Shown: positions 41,346-54,850, numbered from the stretch's first letter. The stretch is DNA of 64,000 bases from Octopus vulgaris (GCA_951406725.2 OX597819.1:70680001-70744000), one strand, 5' to 3'. The notes: generated from the letters alone by a model not told the origin. Made by a program: numbers and translations.

Positions 41346-42689
41346 GTAGATATATATATATATATATGCATATATATAAGCATATATATATAAATGTATA
41401 TATATATGTATATAAAAGTATGTATATATATATATATATACATACAAACATATATATGCATATATGAGTACAGGACGTCCCCAACAGTAAACAACATGAG
41501 ATACGAAAACAAATTAGTTCAATACGCAAACAGCGAGAAACAAATGGATAACAGGACAAATAACACAAAGAACGACCCTTCATCAGTTGTCGGCTGTCTA
41601 TCTACTCTTCCTTTCGAGCATTGAACGACAATATGAGCCTTCAAAGACCGTTGTTAGCACATGTTAAGGTTTAATGTTAGATACAACTGTTTCGGTTCCA
41701 CTTTGTTGTTAATGCCATTTCGTGTAAATGATTCCATGTGAAAAGTCACGCAATATTTGCGGTTGGTTACCTTGGAGTGGTATTTCATCAGACTTGCATC
41801 AAAAGGTACGCTCTCCAGTTTCTATTCCTCATAGATATTCAATCCTATATTTTTGGAAGAAAGGTCTGCATCATCTCTTGATCTCACAAACGAAAAACAA
41901 CTCAAAGAAACAGGAGTACAAACTTATTCATTTCTCTCGGTAGGAAAAAAAATGCAGAAGAATTTGCGTAACTTTTGGAAGATGGTTGCTCGTCAGGAAG
42001 TAACACAGGTCTGAAGTTCGTTTTTTTTATATTCTAACAGGTTTGGACTTTGGTCTTTAGTTAAGAAAGAGAATATAAAGTAACGGCGATTTGCATGTTT
42101 ATTCTAAGTACGTTCCGGCAGATTTGAACGCAAATATGTTAGTCACTGTTGAGAACGTCACAGAAGAACAACTCTCTTTTAAAACGACGACGTGTTCGTG
42201 GAACAATCGGCTCATTGGCACAAGGGATTCTGGCACATCGGTGTTTCGACATGATGTATTTCATTAGTACGCAGACTGATAAGATATGACATGACGTGTG
42301 CATGTATGTATGTATGTATGTTTGTGCGCCTGTGTTTGTCCTCCCACCCACCCAACATCGCTTGATAACCGACGCTGGCGTGTTTACGTCCCCGTATCTT
42401 AGCGGTTCGGCAAAAAGAGACCGATAGATAATCCTAGGGGCGATTTGCTCGACTAAAGCCGGTGTCCCAGCATGGCCGCAGTCAAATGACTGAAACAAGT
42501 AAAAGAATAAAAATAAAAGAAAAGAATATATATATATATATATATATGTCTCTCTTTCTCTCTCTCCCCTGCAACCTGCTGCTTCTCCACCATTTCGTTG
42601 GCGATCGTATCTCGCCAACATCTGTATTTGTCCCCTCTACCGAAAAGGTAATTATTTCTACGCCAGCTGCTATGTTTGTTGTTTTTGTC

Positions 42690-43030
42690 TCATTTGGTCT
42701 AAAGTCGTATGACAACCACCGTTATATTATATTTTGTTTAACCGTTCCCGTTTTCAATTTCGTTTTCGTCTCTCGTATTTACATCCGTCTCGTGCGTTCA
42801 CATTCCTGTCTTCTACCAAGAAATCTAATGCTTACAGCTTAGTTTTTTTCTTGGGGCTGGCCGAGTTGGAGCAAATATCAGAATTGAACAGCCGAAATTT
42901 GCTATGATGATTCGGTGTCTGACTGAAGATTGAAGGCTTCGAATGATTTGTCTGTGTTCCGTGTTTGTCCCTTCCTGTATTTCACGTTCTTTATATATAA
43001 AACATTTATTCTTATATTATCGCGGCGTTA
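42690..43030 (+). mobile_element. pLTR-like repeat homologous to the repeats at 47078-48276
   Basis: Shares CCAAGAAATCTAATGCT..GGGGCTGGCCG..CAGCCGAAA..GACTGAAGATTGAAGGCTTCGAATG with the reverse complement of those repeats. Confidence 0.6.
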
Positions 43031-43049
43031 CGTGCAACCCCCCCCCCCC

Positions 43050-43091
<42 letters not shown>

Positions 43092-43099
<8 letters not shown>

Positions 43100-43511
43100 A
43101 TATTTCGGAATGGTCATTTTGCCAGTTTAGCCAATAAAAACACACGCACTATATATTTGGTGTTATTTTGCTTCAGTGTTATTTATTTTTTACATTAATC
43201 TTAATCTTATTTCGGCCAGAGTTCTTTCGTCACACTCCTGTGACCGCTTCAGTGGTCCTTTGTTTTCTTCTTTCTTATTTGTGTCTCTCCTTACATGGCT
43301 GACGGTTAGTAAGGAGAGACACAAATAAGAAAGAAGAAAACAAAGGTCCACTGAAGCGGTCACAGGAGTGTGATGAAAGAACTCTGGCCGAAATAAGATT
43401 AAGATTAATGTAAAAAATAAATAACACTGAAGCAAAATAACACCAAATATATAGTGCGTGTGTTTTTATTGGCTACACTGGCAAAATGACCATTCCGAAA
43501 TATAACAATAT
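43092..43511. repeat. 420-bp palindrome (203-bp arms, 14-nt spacer) with an HHR-like motif in each arm
   Basis: Arms 43092-43294 and 43309-43511 differ at about 3 positions. Confidence 0.95.
43345..43389 (+). ncRNA. Type I hammerhead-like motif, A9C variant
   Basis: GG(t)CCA-CTGAAGC-g-GTCACA-GGAG-TGTGAT-GAAA-GAAC-TC-TGGCC. Confidence 0.55.
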
Positions 43512-43564
43512 CTGTTTCAACACACGACTTCACATAAAAAATCTTGCACAACAAATATTTAAAC

Positions 43565-43627
<63 letters not shown>

Positions 43628-44299
43628 GAGCTTCTTTTAGTTCACGTCTACCAAATCCAGTCACAAGACTTTGGTTAGTCCGAGGCTACAGTAGGAGACA
43701 CTTGCCGAAGATGTCACGCAGTGGGACAGAACGTGGGACTATGCTGTTGGTAGTTCATAGCTAACATATCGTGACAGAGCAGCAGAGATAGCACAACTGG
43801 TAAAGAGCCAAAACAGAAAGGCTTCCTTCATGAAGTACAAATAAATTTTATGTGGTTGGTGCCGCAGAGGTTTCAACACAGATGGTTCACCACAGTCCTA
43901 ATTGAACGCAATTATGGTAAAGGTATATTTATCATTTGGAGGAACTGGGCACCACTGCCACTAGGCATTTGTTTATTCTTTCCCCTCAAGAGGAGATAAC
44001 TTCAATAAATCTGGAATTTATCTTGCGCGGTATTATCTTCGTTTTCATTGATCATATAAATGCCATAAGCTGTTGTTTTTCTCTTCACTCAGTTTTTCTC
44101 TCAGTTTTTCGCTTACACACATACACACACGCTCTTACACACATACACACACTCTCTTACACACATACACACAAATCCAAACACGCACACATACCTAGAC
44201 ACATACATACGCACATACATGCAGTGCGTACGTTTTTATGTGTATGTATGTAACGTGCGTGCGCGTCCGTGTCTGGAGTGTGTATGTGTGTGTATATGT

Positions 44300-44365
<66 letters not shown>

Positions 44366-44501
44366 GTGGTTGCTGGGTATCGTTTTCAAATATAAAAAAA
44401 TGAATTAGATTCATTGAACCGGCAATCATACGATTTTAAAATATACAATGTGTGTGTGGTGGATACGAATATGCATATTCGTATCTGTGTGAGTATGTGT
44501 G

Positions 44502-44561
<60 letters not shown>

Positions 44562-44999
44562 TATAATATATATATATATAAATATATATATATATATTAT
44601 ATATATATATATTATATATATAATATATATAAATATATATATATATATACATATACATACATACATACATACATACATACATACATACATACATACATAC
44701 ACACATGCACTCACACAGATACGTACGCACTCACACTCATGTATCAGTGTGGTGGGGATTAATCTGTCGGTAACCCTATATATATTAATAGCCGTGGGAT
44801 AGTAGCAGCTGCCAAGACAATGTGTGTGTACGTATGTGTATGTGTGTGTTTATCTCAGTGTGTGCATGTATGTGTGTGTGTGTGTGTGTGTTCCAAATAT
44901 ATCCTTTTAATGACCTACAAGTTTTCCACGGAGGCACATCAATATACGTATGTGTTTGTATATATGTGTGTGTGTGAGTGTGTATGTCCGCGCGTGTGT

Positions 45000-45167
<168 letters not shown>

Positions 45168-45169
45168 AT

Positions 45170-46020
45170 TATGATTGCCACTTCTTTACAGAAGGAGGCC
45201 ATCTCTTCAGTTAATAAATACTGTCATGAGATCTTATATGACTACCAAGTGCTGCTCTTAACAAACAAACTCTACTGTAGATCTTACAAATATTTTAAAG
45301 CAGTTAAGTGTCTGGGATTGTGGTTAAGTCCTGACTACGAAGTGCTCATTTCAAGATGGATTGTTCCATACTTCTCTCTTCAAATGCTTTAAACTAGTGT
45401 AGATCATTTCTTTTCAAACCGATAGATTTTGCGTCATCTGCTCCCAGTCTTCAACTTTGACATTAAGAGCGTTAAGGTTGTTTTATGATAGCATCCCTGA
45501 AACGTTTCTTAGGTTTATGTCTCGGACGTTTGCAATACTGCAACTCCCCGTAAAATAATTGCTTTGGCAACCTGTCATCCTGCATCCTTGCAAGGGGCCC
45601 AACCCAACGCATTTTGTTGCGTATGAGGATCATTTCAATACTGGATGTGTTAGCTTGCTGAAGAACAACGGTGTCTGGTGTTAAAAATTTCCATTTCATG
45701 TCTTGTATCTTTCTTGATGTCTAGTATCTGATGGAAGCTTTCTAAAGCCTTGATGTGGTGCCGATATGTCGTCCAGGTGTCAGAAGAGTACAGGAGGACT
45801 GATAAAATGCAAGATTCATGGATAATAAGCTTGCTTTTGAAGGTGATACCTCTATCAGACCACACGCGATCGTCAAGCCTTCCAAATGCTTTGCTGGCTT
45901 TTTCAATTCTCAGGTTTATTTCAGAATCAAGGGATCCATCTCTGGAGAGTGCGCTGCCAAGGTAGATGAATGAGCCAACCACAACTAATCTTGTACACTG
46001 GACGAAGATATTAGGTTCCA
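45170..46020 (-). pseudogene. RTE-clade LINE 3' fragment (RT thumb and C-terminus)
   Basis: SFIYLGS..DSEINLRIEKASKAFGRL..VLLYSSDTWT..RWVG..RMQDDRLPKQLFYGEL..RPRHKPKKRFRD, frameshifted. Confidence 0.9.
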
Positions 46021-46071
46021 CACATACACAGGTATATAGATAGATAGATAGATAGATGGATAGGTAGATAA

Positions 46072-46107
<36 letters not shown>

Positions 46108-46495
46108 ATAGGTAGATAAATAGATAGATAGATATAAGCATATACACATACACGTAAACATATGTCGTTGAGACTGTAGTACATATTCACAATTGTATAC
46201 ATATGTATGTATATATGTATGCATGCATGTATGTATGTTTTCATGTATGTATGTATACATGTGTATGCGTGTGTGTGTGTAGTGTTGACAGTGTTGTGCA
46301 TATTCATTTTTTTAAATAAGGGATGTCGGATTTTCTCACCTGTATTCATTCTGGTACCCTTATTCCTTCATCGACTGGAAACTTCGTGACCAAGTTTATA
46401 TTTCTGGGTAAATTTTTGGATAGAGGTTTATTAGAGATTTACTTATTTATTTCGTGTCTCGATTTACGCTAGTTGGAAATGAAACGTTTATGCGC

Positions 46496-46539
<44 letters not shown>

Positions 46540-46569
46540 TAGATAGATAGATATATATATATATGTGTG

Positions 46570-46693
46570 TACGGAGAGTTTACGAAAAAAGAAAAGACAA
46601 AGACAGGTGGGGTACAAAACAAACAGATGTACTAGTATAACGCTCAGGAATAGAAAAAGTCCTTTACGTTTCGAGCCTACGCTCTTCTACAGG
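46570..46693 (-). mobile_element. pLTR fragment with HHR-like motif (same family as 1862-2035)
   Basis: Minus strand CTGTAGA-A-GAGC-GTAG-GCTC-GAAA-CG-TA-AAGGA. Confidence 0.55.
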
Positions 46694-46707
46694 ATGGGAC
46701 GTGTGTG

Positions 46708-46761
<54 letters not shown>

Positions 46762-47036
46762 TGTGTGTGTGTGTGTGTGTTCATATTTAGCAGAAGTAAC
46801 AGAGTGACTCAGGGTCCGAGAGCTTCGTGCGTTGGCACTTAACAAACTAATTGTAGGTCGAAGAGGACTGAGTTTATATAGTTGGTGATAAAATTTTGCT
46901 CTGAAACTTTATCTGCAATATATTCATTATATCTTTGCAATTCACTATATGTATACGCGTGTGTGTATAGCTGTGTACATAACACACGCTATATATACAC
47001 ATATACACACATACACACATATATATATACACACAT

Positions 47037-47077
<41 letters not shown>

Positions 47078-47086
<9 letters not shown>

Positions 47087-48276
47087 GAAAAATACAAACT
47101 GGGACAAGAACGTAAAACATTTAGAAGACGATACAAAAAACATGGACGGGACATTCGAAGCCTTCAATCTTCAGTCAAGAACCGGATCATCCTAGCAATT
47201 TCGGCTGATTAATCTTGAGATCGCTCCGATCCGGCCAGCCCCAAGGAAAAACTAAGCTACGAGCATTAGATTTCTTGGAAAAAGGATCGAATGTATACGA
47301 AACAGGGACAGAAAAACGGACGATGCCACACGAATATAAAATACAAAAAACAATAATAGTAATAACAAGACAAAAACAGCGGGTGTCTTACGACTAATAG
47401 ACAGTACAACTTAGTTTAGCTGCTGGCGTATTTGGAAAAAAATGCCTTTTTCGGCAGACGAAGACAACGATGTTCTCATGGCGCTGGTTAGAAGCTGAAA
47501 GGCTGGTTGACCAGCGGTCAAGTGAGAGGAGAAGGGAGAGAAAAAAGGGGGCAAAGGAATCAAAGAGAGAGAGAAAAGGAGGGACGAAGGAACCAAAGGG
47601 GGGAGAAGAGAGAGAAATAAGGAATTAAAGAGGGGAGAAGAAAGAGAGCGTGCCAAGGATTGACTTGGCGACAGAATCAGTGAGTGCAAAGTGAGAAAGA
47701 CAGAGAAAAGAGTGAGTGTGGGGAAGAGTAGACCAAAGAATCAGAGGCAAGAAAAGAGAAAAGGAGGAGGAGAAGTAGAGAGAGGGAGAGAGAGAGAGAG
47801 AAAGAGACAGATCAAAATAGAGTGCAAAGTGTGAAAGGCAGAGAAATGTAGGAGAGAGAGACAGTGTTATAGAGTCGTACCAAAGTTAAAGGAATATGTA
47901 CTTACATACAGGTCAAAGAAGGTACGGACGTCGCTATATATATTATATGTAGAAGAATACAAACTGGGACAAGAACGTAAAACATTTTGAAGACAATACA
48001 AAAAACACGGACAGGACATTCGAAGCCTTCAATCTTCAGTCAAGAACCGGATCATCCTAGCAATTTCGGCTGATTAATCTTGAGATCGCTCCGATCCGGC
48101 CAGCCCCAAGCAAAAGCTAAGCTACGAGCATTAGATTTCTTGGAAAAAGGATTGAATGTATACGAAACAGGGGCAGAAAAAACGGACGATGCCATACGAA
48201 TATAAAATACAAAAAACAATAATGGTAATAACAGGACAAAGACGGCGGGTGTCTTACGACTAATAGACAGTACAAC
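47078..48276 (-). mobile_element. Non-coding element with about 333-bp direct repeats (47078-47410, 47943-48276), pLTR-like
   Basis: Highly similar direct repeats flanking a 530-bp purine-rich body, inserted in (TA)n; no PBS or ORF seen. Confidence 0.7.
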
Positions 48277-48277
48277 G

Positions 48278-48338
<61 letters not shown>

Positions 48339-48986
48339 TATATACATTTGAATATAGAAATGCGTGTATGCTTGTTCGTACTCTTCTGTTTTTAATCATA
48401 TGAAGTCTTCTTGTAAGGAAGGATCTGATTTCCAACAAAGATACAAAGTTCCATTTAGATAACAAAAGCAATGTCCAGTTTTGAACTTGAGAGCTGTCCT
48501 GTATATTTCTACTCTTCCGCTTACAGATTGTATTTGTAACGTGTACTGATGGTATTGCACTGTATTCTACGTATGTATGTATGTATGTATGTATGTATGT
48601 ATGTATGTATGTATGTATGTATGTATGCATGCATGCATGCATGCATGCATGCATGTATGTATGTATGTATGTATGTATGTATGTATGTATGTATGTATGT
48701 ATGTATGTATGTATGCATGCATTCCTGGCTATGGTTTAAACGGCATCTCGTGGTGGAGCTCTTGTTCAGAATTTTCAAGGTTTCGAGCTGTGTGTAATCA
48801 CCCCTTAGCCATTATTGTTCCCAGTTCTACTCTGGTCCGGAGCAGTAGCCCCTGTTGGGATCCCAGATTTGGGTTAACTGGCATATGAGCAACGGGACGT
48901 GGAAATACTCCGGCTGATGTCGAAAGGCGCAGTAAGCCAATTGAGAGTGAATGGGCCCTGGTCGTTTTAAAGGTATCCTTCTAGGT

Positions 48987-49218
48987 CAAAGATTCTCAAA
49001 CGGAGTTCATATGACCCCAAGTGGAGGGGGTCCATATAAAATTTTGCTGTTAAACTTTATCTGCAACAAATTGGTAAAACTTCTACATTTTACAAAATAT
49101 TTTAACAATTATTTTTATACAATTCCTAATTATTTTTAATTATGAAAATATATGATTTTTTAAAACATCGAATGTCTAGGAGGATCCATCCGAATAAAAT
49201 AGGAATCTAAGGATTCCG
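48987..49218. mobile_element. hAT MITE, same family as 12807-13961
   Basis: CAAAGATTCTCAAAC end; GGGGTCCATAT motifs. Confidence 0.6.
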
Positions 49219-49386
49219 TTGGTAACACTGCCCAAGGAGAAGGCTAACTCGTATATAAAACGCACTACTCTATTCAACCGGATATCTTGTACTTTGCTTG
49301 TCTCTGGGCTTCTCAGTATTTCAATTGAGAGTTGTTGTGGTCATGTGCTGGCCATATTTGACTTAAAACCTTTAAACGGGCATAGC

Positions 49387-50083
49387 CAGTGGCGGCTCGT
49401 AGATAAAATTAGTCTGGGTGCCGCTTCAGAATATTTTTAGCCGTTGTTTTAATATTGTGTAAAAGGAAACAAACATATAAAAAGAGAATTTATAAACATG
49501 ATCGTCCTTGTTTTAGCTTCTGACGGGTAGTGTGTTTAATTTGTTCACTGAACACCGCCACGAATTCCCCCTTGCTTTCAAAAATTTCCCCTAAACCACA
49601 AAATAAGTGGGGAAATCTGCCTTATTTTTCAAATCCTGGCAGCCACACTGAAGCTAGAAGCAGGATAATAATCTAATTCTACATTTTATCACATTGAAGA
49701 ATATAAACACGTTTTTAAGCACAACACACGCGAAGTCAAAAAGAAGCACTACCTTTCACCAGCACACCAGAGTCGGCATTGCGCGAACAACAGTGCTCTC
49801 TCTCCCTAGCGTGCAGCTTCATATTTCGGACATGTGAGCATGCGCACAACAGCCAAACACCGCATCGCTGGAACTGTGAACCGGACAGTTCTATACAAGA
49901 ATTTTTGAATTTCTTTCATAAACTGAGGGATGGCTACTGACATTAAAATTAAGGATTATATAATGTACAAGTATAAAGAAAGAATTTTTTAAAAAAGGAT
50001 TCATTATATTGAATGTTATCGATAATATCAAGTGAAAATGGGGGTGCTGCAATTCCGCAGTGCCTATACACGAGCCGCCACCG
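49387..50083. mobile_element. Non-autonomous hAT transposon with 8-bp TSD
   Basis: TIR CAGTGGCGGCTCGT / ACGAGCCGCCACCG; perfect TSD GGCATAGC at 49379-49386 and 50084-50091. Confidence 0.9.
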
Positions 50084-50289
50084 GGCATAGCTGACACCTG
50101 TCAGCAGTGGTCATGCTCGTCCAACGAGTGGACAGAACATGTCATTCAATAGCTGATATAAAGGATTGTGGTGTTAATCTTTTAAAAATAATTTTTGTAC
50201 ACAATGCTTTGTCTATGATGGCGAAATACAAACGCCAAGGCTGAAAAAATAAAACTAAAAAAGACTGAAAATAAATAAATAAATAGATA

Positions 50290-50451
50290 GGAGCAGGCGT
50301 GGCTGTGTGATAAGAATCTTGCTTACTATCTACATGGTTCCGGGTTCAGTCCCACTGCGTGGCACCTGGGCCAAGTGTCTTCTGCTATAGCCTCGGGCCG
50401 ACCAAAGCCTTGTTGAGTAGATTGGTAGACGGAAACTGAAAGAAGCCCGTC

Positions 50452-50540
<89 letters not shown>

Positions 50541-50725
50541 ACCCCGCACCATCGTTTGACATCCGATATTAGTGTTTACGTTCCCGTAACTTACCAGTTT
50601 GGCAAAAGAGACCGATAGAATAAGTAGTAAGCTGACAAAGAATAAGTCCTGGGATCGATTTCTTCTACTAAAGGCGGTGTTCCAGCATGGCCGCAGTCAA
50701 ATGACTAAACCAAATAAAAGAAAAA
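50290..50725 (+). mobile_element. SINE family B, full length
   Basis: Head, (TA)n(TG)n middle, tail. Confidence 0.85.
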
Positions 50726-51161
50726 TAAATAAATAAATAAATAAATAAGTCAAATAACGAAAGAAACGCCACAAAAACAAATATAAAATTGATGACTCAC
50801 AAAATATTAAATATAAATCTTACACGCTGATACAAATGACTAATTCATCGTTTAACTTATATGACAACCACCAACAAGATAATATTGATGGTTTCTAATA
50901 TGTTGGTGGTGGTGGTGGTTTTGGTTTTGGTTTTGGTGGTGGTGGTGCTAGTGGAAAGCGGTGTGGTTATTACTTTGACTAATTATTGACTAGTATTTTA
51001 ATTCGGTTTTTTTTTCCGATCTCGGAAGCATGAAAAGCAAAACAGCCAATATTTGAATTGAGAAGGTTTCTAAAATTTGAACAAAACGGTTGTAACTAAA
51101 GACCGGACGGCATTTTCCTCTTGTGTTATAATCTTTTCTCCCGATTATGCCAGTCCCACGC

Positions 51162-51234
<73 letters not shown>

Positions 51235-51433
51235 CTGATGAGGAATACGATGATGATGATGATGATTTCATTAATTTGCCCCACCAAGGCGAAGGATGAG
51301 GAGGACAATAGAAAGACAGACATAAAGTGTGAGGGTTTGCATATAATGAAATAATTTTTTTTTTCTAATGTAAATATACACGATATACAATGAAAATGAA
51401 GGGACATAAACATAGTATACAAGGTTAATAATG

Positions 51434-51497
<64 letters not shown>

Positions 51498-51609
51498 TGA
51501 TGATGATGATAATAATTTAATTTTGCCTCTCTTTAAGACTAAATTATTCTGCTGGTATCAGAACGAACATCGGACTGAAGAAGTGTGGTATGTTAGTCTT
51601 GAAGAGAGG

Positions 51610-52870
51610 CAAAATCAAATGATACCGCCGGGGGAGGTTATGAAGCAGATAAAAGAAACAAGCTATAAGTACTTGAGGATATTGGAAATAGATAAATTGA
51701 TGGAGAAAGAAATGATAGAAAAATTTAAGGTGGAGCACTTGCGCAGACTGAGACTGATCCTTAAGTCGAAATTAAACGGACAGAATAAGATCGAAGCTAT
51801 CAACATCTGGGCGGTTTCTCCCCTTAGATATGGAGCAGGGGTAATCGCATGGACTGTAGACGAACTAAACAGCTTAGTAAGAAAGACAAGGAAGTTGCTG
51901 ACTAGATATGGGATACTCCACCCCAAAACTGACACAGACAGACTGTACGCTCCAAGGAAAAGAGGACTGATTGGATGCGAACACAGCATTAGAACAGAAG
52001 AAAACAACATAGCATGGTATGTAAAAAATGCCACAGATGCACTATTATTGGAAGTAAGTAGGTCAAGCTTGTGTAGGATGAAAGATTGCAAAGATAAAGC
52101 ACAGTAGAAGCACTTTAGAATGAATGAAACTGAAAAGAGGTGGATAAAGAAAAGAATGCATGGTCAATTTCATAGGGATGTTGAAGATAAGACAGACAAA
52201 GAAAAGAAGATGGCTATGGAAGACTAAAAGTGATTTAAAACCGGAAATGGAGGCGCTAATCTCTGCTGCCCAAGAGCAAGCATCAAATACAGAATAGACA
52301 ACACATCAGAAAGTGGTAAGTGCAGAATTTGTGGACAAAACGGTGAAACCGTATGGCATATTACCAGTCAATGTACACCACTAGCCCAGAAGGAATATCA
52401 GAGACATCATGACAATATAGCAAAGATTGTCCATTGGACACTTTGCAACAAGTATGGACTTGACAGAGCAAAAAGTGGTACGAACATAAACACGAAGGCA
52501 TCATCGGAAATGGTAATGTAAAGATCCTATGGGATTTTATGAGTCAGTGCAACCATGAGATAGGCAACATGCCCAGTTGACAACAAGGTATGTGATAAAG
52601 AAGAAAGAAAAGTCGATAGATATGACAGGTTAGCTTGGGAAGTTAAGCAGCTGTGGTCGATGAAAAAGTTGGTAGTAGTACCAATAATTGTCGGAGCCCT
52701 GGAAACTGAGTAAAGATCTTGAGAAGTACATGGAACAAATAGGGGTTGCAATAAGGTTGGAGCTCTTACAGAAAACAACACTGCTTAGAGCCGCTCGAAT
52801 ACTCCGGATGGTGCTCAAAAAATTAGGTGTGTTACCTTAGTTCATTGGTAGCGAACAGCTGACACCTTAA
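51610..52870 (+). pseudogene. R4/Dong-type LINE 3' fragment (RT thumb, CCHC finger, RLE endonuclease remnant)
   Basis: YKYL.ILE..LKSKLNGQNKIEAINIWAV..HPKTDTDRLY..MHGQF..CRICG..ETVWHITSQC..RHHDN..KILWDF..VPIIVGAL. Adjacent to (AAT)n. Confidence 0.88.
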
Positions 52871-52936
52871 TAGAGGAGTAACAACACAAAAACAGACAAA
52901 ACAATACATTGGGGTACATAAAGTCATATATGGAAA

Positions 52937-53171
52937 GGCGGCGAGCTGGCAGAAACGTTAGCACGCCGGGAGAAATGCTTAGTGGTATTTCGTCTGCAGC
53001 TACGTTCTGGGTTCAAATTCCGCCGAGGTCGACTTTGCCTTTCATCCTTTCGGGGTCGATAAATTAAGTACCAGTTACGCACTGGGGTCGATGTAATCGA
53101 CTTAATCCCTTTGTTTGCCCTTATTCGTCACCTCTAAGTTTATCCCCTTGTGGGCAATAAAGAAATAAGAA
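52937..53171 (+). mobile_element. SINE family A, full length
   Basis: Complete head, central domain and AAGAAAT tail. Confidence 0.85.
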
Positions 53172-53386
53172 ACACATATCGAATGAATTATGAATATAAT
53201 GAAAATGAGAATGGAATAGCTTACCTACCCCCATAAGCAGGTAGTTCTATTTTACTGTTTTTAAATGAACAGTTCATATCGGTCTTGTATCTGTTGGTTT
53301 ATAACATATATTCTATTAACTCTTCGAAGGCCACCACCGGCGGCAATTCGTCATAACCAATATTTATTCCTATCATCTCTATTCTT

Positions 53387-54733
53387 TCACCAAACAACTC
53401 CTTCAATTTCTCCCCTTTTTTCTTTTTCCAATAAAACCGCTTTAAAACCTTCGTTATACTGTTTGGCCGTTAATTTCACTCTGATAACGTTCTTCATCTT
53501 AGCAATTCTCTTCTCTATCTCTACACTTTTTGGGTATTGCACCATTGTTCTTATGTTTTTCCTTTTGGGTGTCACTCTCCTTCTCTCCTCACCAGTCTCC
53601 TCCTCTGCCTCTGACATTTCTGTCTGTCTGTCTGTCTGTGTCTTTCTCTCTCTCTCTCTCTCATTCTGTGTTGCTGTCATCTTTCTTTCATTTTCCTTTC
53701 TCATTTGTACTCTTACCTCTTTACTAGCTGATGGTTTCTGCGTTCGTTCCTCACTTACTTTCGTTGTCTTTCCGTTTTATCTCTTCTCATCCGTATTCTC
53801 TTGTTTTTCACTCTGCTTCTCTTCTCCGCTTGCTTTTCTTTTCTTCCTCGGACCTTTTGGTGGTGAGTCTGTCTTCTTTCTTTTTTCTTTTTGCCACTAT
53901 ATATTGCGCTTCCATTTTCTCCTCCTCCACGGTTGCACCCTCTTCTTCTTGATATTCCTTCCCTCTCTCCTCGTCTTCGTGTTTCTGGGTACACTTAGCT
54001 TTCATGTGTTCCCTTACTCCACACAGAAAACATACAGGCGGTCTTCCTTCCACCACTATTCTTAACCTTGTTTCGTCTGGCAGTATCCGTTCTTCCGCAA
54101 TCTTGTGGAGGTCTGGTCAGCTTATATGGACCAATACCTCTAGTCCATACCCCAACAGTTCACCTCCGCAGTTCTTGATATTTTCGATATCTCAGTGTCC
54201 TCCTCTGTGTTGAAGAGGATGGCTGCCACCAGCCACGCCTCATCAGTTTCTGGGGGAACTTTACCTATTCTTACTCTGGCCGCACGTTTGTCACAGTAAG
54301 TCGGTAGTAGTGTCTACTCTGCTGAACTCAAAGGCACAGTGGAGTATTTTCTCGCTTCTTCTTCACTCACGAAGCGTACCTCCACTGTGCCATATTTCCT
54401 TCTTCTGGTGTAGTACGTCGTTACGTTCTCAATCTCTCTCAGGCACTCCTCGACCGCTTCGACCGCTGCTATTTTCATCTTTTTTGTTGCAATATTCAAT
54501 GTTCTGTACACAATAGTTTCCTTCTCCGTTTTTTCTAACACTTCTTTGGGAGGCGTCAACTTCAGGCTATCTCCCTCCTTTCTCAATAAATCATTGTATT
54601 TCTTCAAGTTTTTCTCCTTGTATTTAATTTCTGTAACTTGCAGTACCTCTGCTGACAGGCTTTTGCCAGTCACCACAGCATAACTGCTCGCTTGCACTGG
54701 TGTACCTTCCATATTGTTCACAACTTCACCCAT
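53387..54733 (-). pseudogene. LINE ORF1 (gag-like, CCHC zinc knuckle) without ORF2
   Basis: MGEVV..SYAVVTG..YGTVEVRF..VRIGKVPPE..VEGRPPVCFLCGVREHMKAKC, then a charged tail; interrupted by stops and frameshifts; similar to ORF1 at 31380-32200. Confidence 0.75.
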
Positions 54734-54850
54734 AAATGGGGAAGAAAATTAAAGTTCAACAATTTCAGGTAACAACAATCCAACAATTCAATAAATAACA
54801 ATTAAACAATAACAGTACTCACATGGAGCGTATACACTTCCAACTCACAA

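Larger units (their letters stand above)
38180..41652 (-). mobile_element. Older pLTR-like direct repeats (38180-38365 and 41470-41652) flanking the 560-bp array
   Basis: Two diverged copies of the same approximately 185-bp sequence containing minus-strand CTGATGA; purine-rich body at 38370-38870. Confidence 0.55.

Noticed and set aside
53265-54065. 266-aa hydrophobic plus-strand ORF resembling a membrane protein
   Set aside because: It is the antisense shadow of the purine-rich LINE ORF1 on the minus strand.
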